NCBI GenBank assembly: GCA_034002805.1
Contig: JAVEZW010000001.1
Location: 100-64,099, forward strand
Length of the DNA stretch: 64,000 bases
Origin: Bacteroidales bacterium
GTDB taxonomy: Bacteria > Bacteroidota > Bacteroidia > Bacteroidales > UBA12077
Direction: 5' to 3'
Shown here piece after piece: positions 19,982 through 29,931 of this stretch (the stretch's first letter is position 1; each line of letters opens with the position of its first letter). Position numbers and translations under genes: made by a program. Under the pieces are notes generated by a model that was given only the letters and a program-made list of their open reading frames with translations, had not been told where the DNA came from and searched no databases.

Positions 19982-20710
19982 TCATTTTTCAATTTTTTTA
20001 ACAAATGCTTCACCTTTTCCTATCTCACCAGTTTCTTTTGATTTTAGAATGATTGATATTTTATCGAATCCTTTAACCCTTTCAGAATCCTTAATTGTTT
20101 CTAACCCATAATTAGGTTTTAGAACTTGTAAATCATATCCATAATAATAATTTCCCCTTGCATATTCGGTAGTTTTATTAATCACAACAATTTCAGCATC
20201 AGCACCATTTATTTTAATATCTAATTCATCTGGAGATATTGTTTCTGGAGCCATATTTATTGTATCCCCTTTTTCAATTGCATTTGGATTTCCTTTTTTT
20301 AAACTCATTGGTCGAAAATAAATTCTATAAGTCATATGAGGGGTAACCTGAGGCTCAAATGCATTTATTCCATAAAGTTCCATATTATTATATTGAGGAT
20401 TGATTTCTAAATCGTTAAAAAGAGGAACATTCCAAGCCCAATATTCAAGCTTTGTCTTTTTATAGTCAGATAGTTTTATGGCATATAAGCAGTAATAGTT
20501 ACCAATATCTGCTATTAATGAGAATTTGCCGTCTCCATCGGTTAAGGTTTCATATACATTTTCAAATTGTTTATTTTTCAACCTTACAGAAACGCTGTCA
20601 ATTGGATTTCCTTCAAAATCTGTAACTTGTCCATAAAGTTTAGCTTTCTCTTGTGCATTTGATCCAAAGAATAAAATAATTAAAATTAAAGTGATTGTAA
20701 ACGTTCTCAT
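19982..20710 (-). CDS. secreted carboxypeptidase-regulatory-like domain protein
   Basis: Signal peptide, then KLYGQVTDFEGNPIDSVSVRLKN (CarboxypepD_reg-type beta-sandwich start). Confidence 0.55.
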   Translation of the reverse strand: MRTFTITLILIILFFGSNAQEKAKLYGQVTDFEGNPIDSVSVRLKNKQFENVYETLTDGDGKFSLIADIGNYYCLYAIKLSDYKKTKLEYWAWNVPLFNDLEINPQYNNMELYGINAFEPQVTPHMTYRIYFRPMSLKKGNPNAIEKGDTINMAPETISPDELDIKINGADAEIVVINKTTEYARGNYYYGYDLQVLKPNYGLETIKDSERVKGFDKISIILKSKETGEIGKGEAFVKKIEK

Positions 20711-20817
20711 AGTTTTTCATATTAAATGTTTGCCAATATTGGCTATACCACGTGTGGTGCATTTGTGCATTTTATAACTTTTTAATTTTTTCAATATCGT
20801 CATATAGAATACTTACA

Positions 20818-21380
20818 TTACATTGGTTTCAAATTATTATTAAGTCTGTCAATAATCTTTTCTAACCGAGTTTGACGGGTGTTATCAGATTTGGCATCAA
20901 GATAAAATCCAGTATATGTACGCTGTACCGAATGCGACATATTAAGCAAATTGCTATAAGCTGGCTCATACGACTGTATAATTTTCTTAAATGTCTTAAT
21001 TTGTTCATCATTAATAAGAATTCGTTTAGCGTTTTCCCATAAACCATTTTTCTTGGCGCGTTCTATGGCTTCTAAACCCTGCTGAGTCATTAGGCCTTTT
21101 TCTATAAGCGCTTGTGCAAGCTCTTTGTTTTTAACAGACCATTTACTTTTTGGTAAGCGTGGTGAAAAATACTTTTTGTAAGCTTTATCGTCAATAGATT
21201 GCATTTGTCCATCTATCCATCCGTGACAAAGCGCTTCTTCCAAAGCCTCAGTAGAAGACAGTGTAATAATTTTCCTTTTTTTTTACCAAAGAGTATCCAA
21301 ATGCCTGTGCTCTCAGTTCCATACTTGTCAAACCACTCCCGAAAGGCTTGTCTGTCAGTGAAGGTTAATATTTTATTCAT
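20818..21380 (-). pseudogene. YdeI/OmpD-associated family gene interrupted by a frameshift in a 9-nt homopolymer
   Basis: The N-terminal frame starts at ATG 21380 (MNKILTFTDRQAFREWFDKYGTESTGIWILFGKKK). It reaches the A9/T9 run at 21276-21284 and then leaves the frame that encodes ...TEALEEALCHGWIDGQ... (20818-21243). Confidence 0.6.
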
Positions 21381-21564
21381 AAATTATTTTAAGGATGTGA
21401 TAGTGTAACTAACCAATAGGATGCTTAGTAAATGACCAATGGCTATGAACGATTTTCCATTTGTTATTTTTTTCAAGTCTACAAACCTCTGTGCAATTCT
21501 CTTTCCAGATTTTTTCACCAGAGTATGAATGCAAATTGTAGTAAAGCATTTAATTAAAAATAGT

Positions 21565-22698
21565 TTATTGTACATCTGAAAGATTATTCAATCCAAATAG
21601 AATGTCTTCCTTAATAATTTGCTGCATTTTTTCAGGCTCTTCAAATAGAGGGCTATGAGCTGATTTTTCGAAAATGTAAAATCCTTTTATTGGTGCATTT
21701 ATTTTTTCAAAGTAATACTTCGCCAAATTATAGGATACAGTATAATCGAAAATTCCACTCATGAAATAGACTGGAAGCTTTAGTTCAGTAACCTCTTTAG
21801 TTAAGTCGGTAGTTATAATATTAGCCCAAATTATACTAATCCCTGCATTTGACTTACCACACCAGAGATTGATTTTTTCAGTCAGGGTATATTCCCTACA
21901 TAAAAGAGAAGGTAAAAAAATACCAGTGATTACTGATTTCATATCATGCGTGGTACCAATACCAAGTGAGTGCATAGCGATATCGCGCAATTCACTATAT
22001 GCTTCGGTAGTTCCAGATGCCATAGTAATAGGTGCTGCCTCAAGTTTTCGGGTCATCTTTTTGTTCCCATTTTCATTAAACTTCTTAAGCATATATTCGT
22101 ATGCCAAAATTTCTGACTGCATTTGATTTGAAATCTGAGCTACACCAATATACGCATGGTACAGTTCAGGTGCCTGGGAAGTGACTTGTATGCCAATAAA
22201 TGTCCCTCCAGAATGTCCCATAAGGTAAATTTTATTCTGTCCAAAACGATTTCGGAGGTAGTTTGTTACTTTCTTTGTGTCGGATACCATCTGTTCAAGA
22301 TTCATTGTTTCAGGAGGTATGCTTGCACTGTAAGAGAGTCCTGAACCACGCTGCTCCCACCATACTACAGTGAAGTAATCTTCAAGACCAGTAGGATATT
22401 TATTAGTAAGGAAATAATCTGGCATACCTCCATGCAGGTAAAGCAGAACCGGATTATTTACATTTTTTCCCTTGATAAACATACCTTGTTTAATTCCATT
22501 AATGGTGATATATATTTTTTCTGAAATGCTTCCCTCAAGAGATTTCCCTTTTTCATCAAGGAATGGTTTTGGTTTTCCCGGACTGCATAGCAATAGAACT
22601 ATTGCAAGAATAAGTAACAAGCCTAAAAAGACCGAAATCGTTGTCAGCATAATTGATCTCCCTTTCCTTTTGACAGTTGTATAAGAAAATTGCTTCAT
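21565..22698 (-). CDS. alpha/beta hydrolase (proline iminopeptidase-like), N-terminal membrane anchor
   Basis: Nucleophile elbow LMGHSGGTFIG, HGGMPD oxyanion region. Confidence 0.75.
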   Translation of the reverse strand: MKQFSYTTVKRKGRSIMLTTISVFLGLLLILAIVLLLCSPGKPKPFLDEKGKSLEGSISEKIYITINGIKQGMFIKGKNVNNPVLLYLHGGMPDYFLTNKYPTGLEDYFTVVWWEQRGSGLSYSASIPPETMNLEQMVSDTKKVTNYLRNRFGQNKIYLMGHSGGTFIGIQVTSQAPELYHAYIGVAQISNQMQSEILAYEYMLKKFNENGNKKMTRKLEAAPITMASGTTEAYSELRDIAMHSLGIGTTHDMKSVITGIFLPSLLCREYTLTEKINLWCGKSNAGISIIWANIITTDLTKEVTELKLPVYFMSGIFDYTVSYNLAKYYFEKINAPIKGFYIFEKSAHSPLFEEPEKMQQIIKEDILFGLNNLSDVQ

Positions 22699-22900
22699 TA
22701 AGTAATCAAATTTTAATTTCCCTTTATCTATTACTTCTTTTAATCCTGTATCTTTTACTAATATTGAGAATTTAAAACGTCAAAAGCAATATGAAAAACA
22801 TGTTTTATACCCGATGTCAGGTTAAATATATAGGAAATTTTCATGATCAAGACATTTAACTAATTTCTAAGAACTTAATTAATAAAGCTAAGCATATTGG

Positions 22901-23437
22901 TTATTTTCTTTTAGCCTTCATTTCTTGTACTAATTTCCAACTATTACCATGATCGATAGTTTTTTCATTACACCATCTGAAACTATTAGGCGTGATATCA
23001 CGATATATCCATCGCGACTGATGACCAAAACTATCAATCTCCCCAAGTTGTATTATCTCATTTCCAACCTGTCGGCCAATTTGTTGTACAATAGTCCCAC
23101 TTGGTGGATTTATCCAGACAATATGCCATACATCAATCTTGGGATCATAAACCCGTATAGTTGTACTATACCTGTTTCCAGGTTTGTACCAACTTATTAT
23201 ATTGTCTTTTCTGATTGGAGTTATCCAAAGATCTTGAATTGCACGCCCTTCAAGCACCCATTCAAACCGTATGTCCCATTTTGAATGTTTTGGAATACCT
23301 TTATCTGGATACTCAATGGTCTCAGCTGTCCAATCACCAATAAACTGACCATAAAGCATTAATTTGTCTTTATATTCTTCTGCGGGTCCATTTGAAACCA
23401 ATCCTTTTACAAAACTGCTTTTCATATCATTTACCAT
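22901..23437 (-). CDS. hypothetical protein
   Basis: 178-aa ORF with good coding appearance; no motif. Confidence 0.5.
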   Translation of the reverse strand: MVNDMKSSFVKGLVSNGPAEEYKDKLMLYGQFIGDWTAETIEYPDKGIPKHSKWDIRFEWVLEGRAIQDLWITPIRKDNIISWYKPGNRYSTTIRVYDPKIDVWHIVWINPPSGTIVQQIGRQVGNEIIQLGEIDSFGHQSRWIYRDITPNSFRWCNEKTIDHGNSWKLVQEMKAKRK

Positions 23438-23495
23438 TTTGTGCTATAATTTAAAAGTACTTTTATTAAGGCATTGAACTCATTGTTATTGTTTT

Positions 23496-24512
23496 TTAAA
23501 AATCAGCTTGCTGTCTAAGTTCATCAATAACAGAGGAACTAATCCAGTAAATATCTGTATTGCCATTTTGTGGGCTATTATGGAATTCATGCAAAGATTG
23601 TTGACTAAGTTTATCAATTTCATTGTTGTTCATTCTTGCAGACATAAAAAATATGTACTTACCATCAGATGAAACTGATGCTGACCACTCTTTGGGATTA
23701 GATGAGTTAATTTTTAATCCCATATTGATGGGGTGACTCCATTTATCAAGGCTATTACGGAACGAGATATAGTAATCAGTGCCACCATAACTATCAGGCA
23801 TTCCATAAGCAGGGATTATGATGTAACTTTCATCAGATGATATGAAAGCATTGTACCTGGCTATTCCTATGTTTACATTGGGACCCAGCTTTTCTGGTTG
23901 CTGATATGTTCCATTTACGAATCGCGAGCGATAAATAAATTCATCGTTAACTAATGTATCTAGATGTGTATAATAAATTGTACCATCTTGTGTTACAGAT
24001 GGGAAAAACTCTTTGCTTTTTGTATTAACAGGCTGACCAAGATTTATCGGTTTTAACCATTTACCATCTGTTTTTGTGGATACCCAGATATCTTCATTGA
24101 TAATAGTTGTAGAATCTACTGGTATAGTTGAAATAAAAAATAACTTTTTCCCGTCTTGAGAGAGGTGAGGTTCGACATATTTGTAGAGAGGATTGGTGCA
24201 ATACTCAAAAACCTCGGGAGCAGTCCAAATATTATTAATTCTCTGAGTATAAAAAATAGTTGTGTACTTAAAGTTTCCTACTTCACGGCAGAAAAAAATT
24301 TCTGTACCATCAGGGGATATAGCAAAATCTCGCTCATTCATTCCTGTTGATATGGTATTTGGGGCAAAAAGCTTTGCTGAATCACCTGGAGATAATTGAC
24401 CAAAGTAATCACCTTGAATTACATCTCGTTTGTTATTTTCATTATGATTAGATAAACAGGAAGTTAATATTATAATAATTAATGAAAATATGGCATAGGA
24501 TATATTTTTCAT
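23496..24512 (-). CDS. TolB-like beta-propeller (PD40 repeat) lipoprotein
   Basis: Lipobox LTSC. Repeated xSxDGxxxxF units (ISPDGTEIFF, LSQDGKKLFFIS, VSSDGKYIFFMS). Confidence 0.65.
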   Translation of the reverse strand: MKNISYAIFSLIIIILTSCLSNHNENNKRDVIQGDYFGQLSPGDSAKLFAPNTISTGMNERDFAISPDGTEIFFCREVGNFKYTTIFYTQRINNIWTAPEVFEYCTNPLYKYVEPHLSQDGKKLFFISTIPVDSTTIINEDIWVSTKTDGKWLKPINLGQPVNTKSKEFFPSVTQDGTIYYTHLDTLVNDEFIYRSRFVNGTYQQPEKLGPNVNIGIARYNAFISSDESYIIIPAYGMPDSYGGTDYYISFRNSLDKWSHPINMGLKINSSNPKEWSASVSSDGKYIFFMSARMNNNEIDKLSQQSLHEFHNSPQNGNTDIYWISSSVIDELRQQADF

Positions 24513-24574
24513 ATAGCTTTTGTTGATTTAGATATTTTAAAACCGTTTATTTAATAACTTCTAAAGAACTACAA

Positions 24575-24931
24575 TTAATCGATAATTTTTTTTAAAAAAT
24601 CGCCATCGATAATCAACAGTTTTACTCCATTAACGGTTAATGAACGATGAGAACTCAAATCATCGGTGACTACATATGTCATTCCTTTTGTTAGTACAGA
24701 TTTTTTGCCATCACTAAGTTCACTCACGAAGTCACCCTCCAAACAATGCACTATATGTCCTTTTGAACACCAGTGGTCAGCTATATAGCCTTTTGTATAT
24801 TCAACCAATCTTATTCGCAGGCCTTCAAATTGCATAGTCTGCCAATAAGCAACGCCCTTCTCTCCCGTGTGTTTGGTTTTTGGTATGCTAGTCCAGTCAA
24901 TCGCCTGAAAAGAGATATTTTTGTTATTCAT
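24575..24931 (-). CDS. DHCW-motif cupin fold protein
   Basis: ADHWCSKGHIVHCLEG motif, 118 aa. Confidence 0.65.
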   Translation of the reverse strand: MNNKNISFQAIDWTSIPKTKHTGEKGVAYWQTMQFEGLRIRLVEYTKGYIADHWCSKGHIVHCLEGDFVSELSDGKKSVLTKGMTYVVTDDLSSHRSLTVNGVKLLIIDGDFLKKIID

Positions 24932-25093
24932 ATTTATTATGTTTTAATTATTGTATATTCTAAAGTACTTTCTAATTATAGAATTCCATAAAGTTTTAAT
25001 AAAGCAATTATATCTGTCTCTTTCATTAAAATTTTATTGTTACTTACTAAGCTAGTCTTTTGAAAAAAGTTAAAGGTCAAATATTGCATTTTA

Positions 25094-26395
25094 TTATTTT
25101 AAAATTTCTTTCACTGCTATTTCCAGAACAGTGTCCCTGTTTTGAATAATCTCCTTTATCGTAGGTTTAATTTCAATATCAGGTGTTATTCCAAATCCAA
25201 CATATTCTCTTCCATCAGGGAAAAAATCCTGTTTTGAACAAACAAGGGCAATACCATCGCCAGGCAATTTAAATATTATAGGATTTCCACTACTACCGGC
25301 AGTTTTGGCTCCAATCATTTTACCTCGATTTATAGTAAGAAAGCCAATACAAAAATCTTCTGCACATGAAAAAGTACTTTCATCTGCAAGCAGAACCATT
25401 GGTTTAGTATAGATGACTTTATTATCAAAAGGTAATACCTCATATTCATCCGATTCAAACCATTCTGTTTTACTCCCCCAACTCCTATGTGCAGCAATAT
25501 TTTTGGGAGATCTCCATTTTCCTGTTTTAAATGTTTTATTTGTAAAATGCTTCAAAATATAAAGTGAAATATCTGTAGCACCACCTACGTTTTCTCTAAC
25601 ATCAATAATTAGTCCATCAGTAAGCAGTATCTTTTCATAAATAGAGTCGAAATTGTTTCTGATATTCTCACTTGCAACAAAATTATTTATTTTAAGATAC
25701 CCAATATTATTAGCAAGTAATCTAAACTCAAAAGGTTTTCCATTTAACATTTCTTCTTCCATAATCCATGGTTCCCGGCTAATCTTATGTTTTAACCGTT
25801 TGCCTTCAAAGTTTTCGAATTCTATACTTATTGGTTCGGTTGTGCTCCCGCTTAAAAGAAATTGACTAAAAATTTGTAATTGCCGATCTTGAGGAGTTGA
25901 TGCATAAACATAAGGAGCTACATATTTCTCAGCATAAGCGAATGGATTCATTTCATTAATAGCGACAATTTCCATGCCTTGCTTCAAACCTTTATTACTA
26001 AGCAAATCATCTAAAACCCTTGTAATTACAACCTTGCCTTCAATTAACTTTGTTGTAAATTGCTTATTGGTTGTACCAAAATACTTATTACGTAATTGAA
26101 CCGGAGTAAAGATTCGAGTATGTCCATCTTGCAGTAATGACATAAATTTTTGCAATTCCAGATAATAATCCCAGTCATTACTTGTTTCTAATACTTTTGG
26201 TATAGTTGCTAAATAACAACTATCCCAATTTAAATCAGGAACTTGTTGGAAAAAGGCAAAGTTATAACTAACTTCTTTCCATAGTAAGGATAATCCAAAT
26301 AGCTTTTCATTGTTTGAAATTTTATTTTCAGTCTGCCCCAATGCGTTTGCAGAGATTGATATGATTATAATAAATGATAGAACTATTGCTTTCAT
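25094..26395 (-). CDS. S41 family peptidase (tail-specific protease-like), secreted
   Basis: DVRENVGGA, LADESTFSCAEDF segments; signal peptide. Confidence 0.7.
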   Translation of the reverse strand: MKAIVLSFIIIISISANALGQTENKISNNEKLFGLSLLWKEVSYNFAFFQQVPDLNWDSCYLATIPKVLETSNDWDYYLELQKFMSLLQDGHTRIFTPVQLRNKYFGTTNKQFTTKLIEGKVVITRVLDDLLSNKGLKQGMEIVAINEMNPFAYAEKYVAPYVYASTPQDRQLQIFSQFLLSGSTTEPISIEFENFEGKRLKHKISREPWIMEEEMLNGKPFEFRLLANNIGYLKINNFVASENIRNNFDSIYEKILLTDGLIIDVRENVGGATDISLYILKHFTNKTFKTGKWRSPKNIAAHRSWGSKTEWFESDEYEVLPFDNKVIYTKPMVLLADESTFSCAEDFCIGFLTINRGKMIGAKTAGSSGNPIIFKLPGDGIALVCSKQDFFPDGREYVGFGITPDIEIKPTIKEIIQNRDTVLEIAVKEILK

Positions 26396-26483
26396 TAGAT
26401 CTTTTTCTAAAATTTTATTTGTTTTTTTAATCCAATATTGACGATAAATAATTAATAATTATCAAAAAAACATAGTTAAAATA

Positions 26484-26807
26484 TTAAATCCATTTCCGTT
26501 TTTTATTGATTTCCTCCTTCTCGCGAAACGCCTCTTCTATATCTATCTCAAAACGATTTGCTATTGAACATAGATAAATTAATATGTCTGCAATTTCTTC
26601 ATTAACTGAACTAATTTTGGAGTTAATATCTGTTTTTAGGTTCGTTGCTTTACGAATAGATTTAAATAATTCACCCATTTCTTCTCCCAACAGCAAACAT
26701 TTTTCTATTACATTTTGATTGGTAAAACCTCTCTGGATTTCAAGAATTTTTACATATTCCTGATAATCTCTTAAAGTTGGATTTTCTTTTAATTCTAATT
26801 TGCTCAT
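26484..26807 (-). CDS. MazG-like nucleotide pyrophosphohydrolase domain protein
   Basis: EEMGELFKSIRK and EEIADILIYL helices typical of the all-alpha NTP-PPase fold. Confidence 0.65.
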   Translation of the reverse strand: MSKLELKENPTLRDYQEYVKILEIQRGFTNQNVIEKCLLLGEEMGELFKSIRKATNLKTDINSKISSVNEEIADILIYLCSIANRFEIDIEEAFREKEEINKKRKWI

Positions 26808-26859
26808 CTTTTATCTCATTTTTATTAAATGGCTGTTTAATAGATTTGAAAAATAGTAA

Positions 26860-27582
26860 TTACCACTCGGCATTGTTAAATTCCATAGGATTGTAAATTG
26901 TAGATGGCACACTACAGTTGGGATAAATGTTAAAGTATTTTTCAATCATATTGAGTTCTCCATGGTTATTATAAAATTTTATAACTGTAGCAACCGGATA
27001 GCCATTGATGTTTTCATATTTATCAAACTCTACTTCTCTTGAGTTTTCGCCAGTTTTACGACGCATTTTGAGAAAAAGGAGAGTCTTCTTATCAACCCAG
27101 AAACAGGTACTTGATGTATCTCCTACTAACCAAGCTTCTTGTCCTAAACATTGATCTTCAGCAATTAAATTAAGGTTGTACCCACATTTTTCGGTTCGTT
27201 CTGCAGTTATCTCGGGAGGAATATTATTAATATCTAAACCCAGCACAACTAAATCGTGAATGCGATACTTTGTTGATTGGAGAGTCCCTTTTTGGTATGT
27301 ATAGAGGCTATCGTTTGTAAAAAGTAAGCCATTACCGCTGGCCCAATTGGTGAACTTTAGTATTAGATTACTGGGTGATTGATAAGCCTCAAGCCAGACA
27401 TCTGTTCCTACAATGCTGTCGTTTTTATAGTATATAACCTCTTGCGAAAAACAAAGAGTTTTGTACCAGCTTGCCTTGTTTGCATTGTACATTTGATCAA
27501 TTAATTCGTACCCATTTTGGAGTTGTTGAGCAAATAATGAAAATGCGTTTAGCAGTATAATTATAATTAGTATTTTTTTCAT
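26860..27582 (-). CDS. secreted hypothetical protein
   Basis: Signal peptide; no motif. Confidence 0.5.
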   Translation of the reverse strand: MKKILIIIILLNAFSLFAQQLQNGYELIDQMYNANKASWYKTLCFSQEVIYYKNDSIVGTDVWLEAYQSPSNLILKFTNWASGNGLLFTNDSLYTYQKGTLQSTKYRIHDLVVLGLDINNIPPEITAERTEKCGYNLNLIAEDQCLGQEAWLVGDTSSTCFWVDKKTLLFLKMRRKTGENSREVEFDKYENINGYPVATVIKFYNNHGELNMIEKYFNIYPNCSVPSTIYNPMEFNNAEW

Positions 27583-27600
27583 GTTTTTATAGTTATAAAA

Positions 27601-28482
27601 TTAAGACGACTTCTGAATTGCCAGTTCTAAATCCTGAATTCTTTTACTATTAATTACTTTCTGATAATTATCATCTGATATCGGGATTTTTTTATCACGG
27701 ATTAATTTGAGATACTCTAAATTGCGTTTCCAGCGTTCTAGCACTTCATCAGATACTTCAAAGTTATTATCCGGAACAAATAAACGTTTTGGAATTTGAG
27801 GCTCAAACCCTAAATCGTTTAATTGTCTTTTAATTTGAGGTATGTGATCAATACCAAAAACAATAACAATTCTATATGCATTTTTTGCTTTGGCAGCATT
27901 TAAAGCATTTTCAACAATTCTTCTGTTACGTTCGTGCCAGTTACCACTTGCTAATTCTGCAATTGAATTAATTCCTATAATTCTTTCGTATAATGAATCA
28001 GTCATTTGCAAATTTAAGTTCCCGTGAATAAAATCATAAATAGATTGGCTGTTTGACCCATTGATTAAACTCCGCATTGTATCTGACAATGATTTAACTT
28101 GCTCTTTAATATACAAAGGGTATTCACTTTCAGCCTTTGATTGAGTAGCATAATCCAAACGCCAGTCAACAGGTACAAATTTATAGTTTAACTTTGTTGC
28201 CATTTCTGCAAGAAACGCCGCTTCAGGAGGGTAATATCCTTCCATTGGTTGATCAAATGCTTCAGGCACAATCTCTCCACAAACTAAATCTGGTTTTAAA
28301 GCACTGATTTGGGACTGAAGATCAATAATAGAATAATTGTAGTCTGGATTAAAGTGCATTGAGTGAATAGAACCGACAATGAAAATCTCTGGTTTTGTAT
28401 CAAGTTCATCTTGTTTGTTTTCTTGCGAGAATAAAACAAATCCAAACAAGCCAATAATGTATAAAGAAATTTTTGTAAACAT
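27601..28482 (-). CDS. secreted hypothetical protein
   Basis: Signal peptide; no motif recognised with confidence. Confidence 0.5.
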   Translation of the reverse strand: MFTKISLYIIGLFGFVLFSQENKQDELDTKPEIFIVGSIHSMHFNPDYNYSIIDLQSQISALKPDLVCGEIVPEAFDQPMEGYYPPEAAFLAEMATKLNYKFVPVDWRLDYATQSKAESEYPLYIKEQVKSLSDTMRSLINGSNSQSIYDFIHGNLNLQMTDSLYERIIGINSIAELASGNWHERNRRIVENALNAAKAKNAYRIVIVFGIDHIPQIKRQLNDLGFEPQIPKRLFVPDNNFEVSDEVLERWKRNLEYLKLIRDKKIPISDDNYQKVINSKRIQDLELAIQKSS

Positions 28483-28527
28483 ATTCTGTATTTTTAAGTT
28501 TATTTAAAAAATATTTTCTGAAATTTA

Positions 28528-29661
28528 TTAAATTCTGCTCCAGCTTGATTTCATTACCGGATGATCTGTTTCATTCAATTTTATGGTTGCATTCCAGATA
28601 TAACTCTTTGGCCAATCTTTAAAAACCTTAACAATCAGGAATAATAACTTAAGAATAAATCTATTTTCATTTGGAATCCAACCTTTATTTGCTTGAATTT
28701 TTAATTCTATCTCTTGTCCGTGTCTTTTTAGATAATATTCTCCACGTATAGTTCCTATCGTCTTATCGGTTGTAGTCATAAATTTACCGTTTAAAGCAAC
28801 ATCATCGACTAAACATACTATATCAGGTAAAGGTGGAAAAAAGTTAATATTTAAGTAATGTTTGTGGTTTGTAGTTCTTATATCTTTTATTTCGTAATGC
28901 CCATTATTATTGACCAATTCATAAGCCACCCCATTATCTTCTAATCTAGTTTTCTTTCCGGGCATTAAAGGAAATAATTGACCATGAAAATTTTTGTTCC
29001 AATCAACATTAAATGCATCGGTAGAATATCGGGTAAAATAGTTTTTTGAGTAGTCAATCGGCAATGGAAAAGTATCTGGTTTATGTTTTACTTCATCAAT
29101 CTCTATTTCAATATTAGTATTTTTTCGTTTTGTAAAAGACATTTCATATAACGAATAGATTGGTAAAGAAGATGGTTTTTTAGAAACTACACCTACAGGT
29201 GCAAGCAAATAAAAAGGATTATTCTTTAGTTTTTTATTTTCATTAACTATAACTTTAATCCTTCGGCCATATTTATCATTAAAAGTAAAATAAACATCCA
29301 GACAGCCTTTAGTTATTTCGAATTTTGCATTTTCTAATGCTCTTGCAAAAAAAGTTACATCGTTTAATACACTGGCTTGTGATGCAAATAGATACCCGGG
29401 CTGATAGTAAATATCAGATCCCCCATCATTTCGGTAAGCAACTACTAATAAATATTTTTTACCTGTTTTATCAGATGCTTGCTGTAATTCAAAAGTATTA
29501 TAGAATTCATCAGGATCTTTTTCAAAATTGATCAGAATTAAACGATTCATATCATCAATACTTAAGCTAAATGGCGAGTAAAAACATCCATTTGACATTT
29601 TTGAATAAATATTAGCAATTAAATAATTTTTAAATACTTTTCGATATGCAATTGTTTTCAT
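28528..29661 (-). CDS. hypothetical protein
   Basis: 377-aa ORF; no motif. Confidence 0.5.
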   Translation of the reverse strand: MKTIAYRKVFKNYLIANIYSKMSNGCFYSPFSLSIDDMNRLILINFEKDPDEFYNTFELQQASDKTGKKYLLVVAYRNDGGSDIYYQPGYLFASQASVLNDVTFFARALENAKFEITKGCLDVYFTFNDKYGRRIKVIVNENKKLKNNPFYLLAPVGVVSKKPSSLPIYSLYEMSFTKRKNTNIEIEIDEVKHKPDTFPLPIDYSKNYFTRYSTDAFNVDWNKNFHGQLFPLMPGKKTRLEDNGVAYELVNNNGHYEIKDIRTTNHKHYLNINFFPPLPDIVCLVDDVALNGKFMTTTDKTIGTIRGEYYLKRHGQEIELKIQANKGWIPNENRFILKLLFLIVKVFKDWPKSYIWNATIKLNETDHPVMKSSWSRI

Positions 29662-29744
29662 CTATACTAGTTCATTTAAGCTTGATGTTTCGTAATGTTC
29701 TATTAATTTTACTTCGCTACAAAACTAGGCAGTTAAAAAATGAA

Positions 29745-29905
29745 TTTTATGAATCTAAGTTCATAAATAGTCATATAGCATTTTTTGATCTTGCAAAGAG
29801 CCTGTACTCTCACTAAAGATGAGACTTGATAATGGCGATTGTGCTGCAACAAACTCTTGTTTTAAATTTCAAATCCTGAAAATTATTGTTTGTAAAAAGA
29901 GTTCT
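29745..29905 (-). pseudogene. 3' remnant of a Crp/Fnr-family regulator gene
   Basis: Minus-strand DNA aligns with the 3' end of the intact regulator at 40163-40765. Shared stretches include ...TTGAAATTTA..., TTGCAG/CTGCAA, CAGGC, AGATCAAAAAA..TGCT and the terminal TTTATGAA palindrome arm. The alignment contains indels and stops. Confidence 0.5.
29746..29767. promoter_or_regulatory. palindrome TTTATGAA-N6-TTCATAAA upstream of 28528-29661
   Basis: Read directly. Homologous to the 40147-40170 palindrome. Centre lies about 95 nt upstream of the downstream gene start. Confidence 0.35.
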
Positions 29906-29931
29906 GGATAATCGGGTACATTCAAAAACAG

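Noticed and set aside
22805-22822. Possible third copy (ttatacccgatgtcaggt) of the 18768/19726 repeat core, and the idea of a conserved micro-ORF encoding ...YTRC(H/Q)...
   Set aside because: Only 15 of 18 nt match. Copy B has a 1-nt indel that removes the start codon and shifts the N-terminal frame. The synonymous-looking substitutions are too few to show selection.
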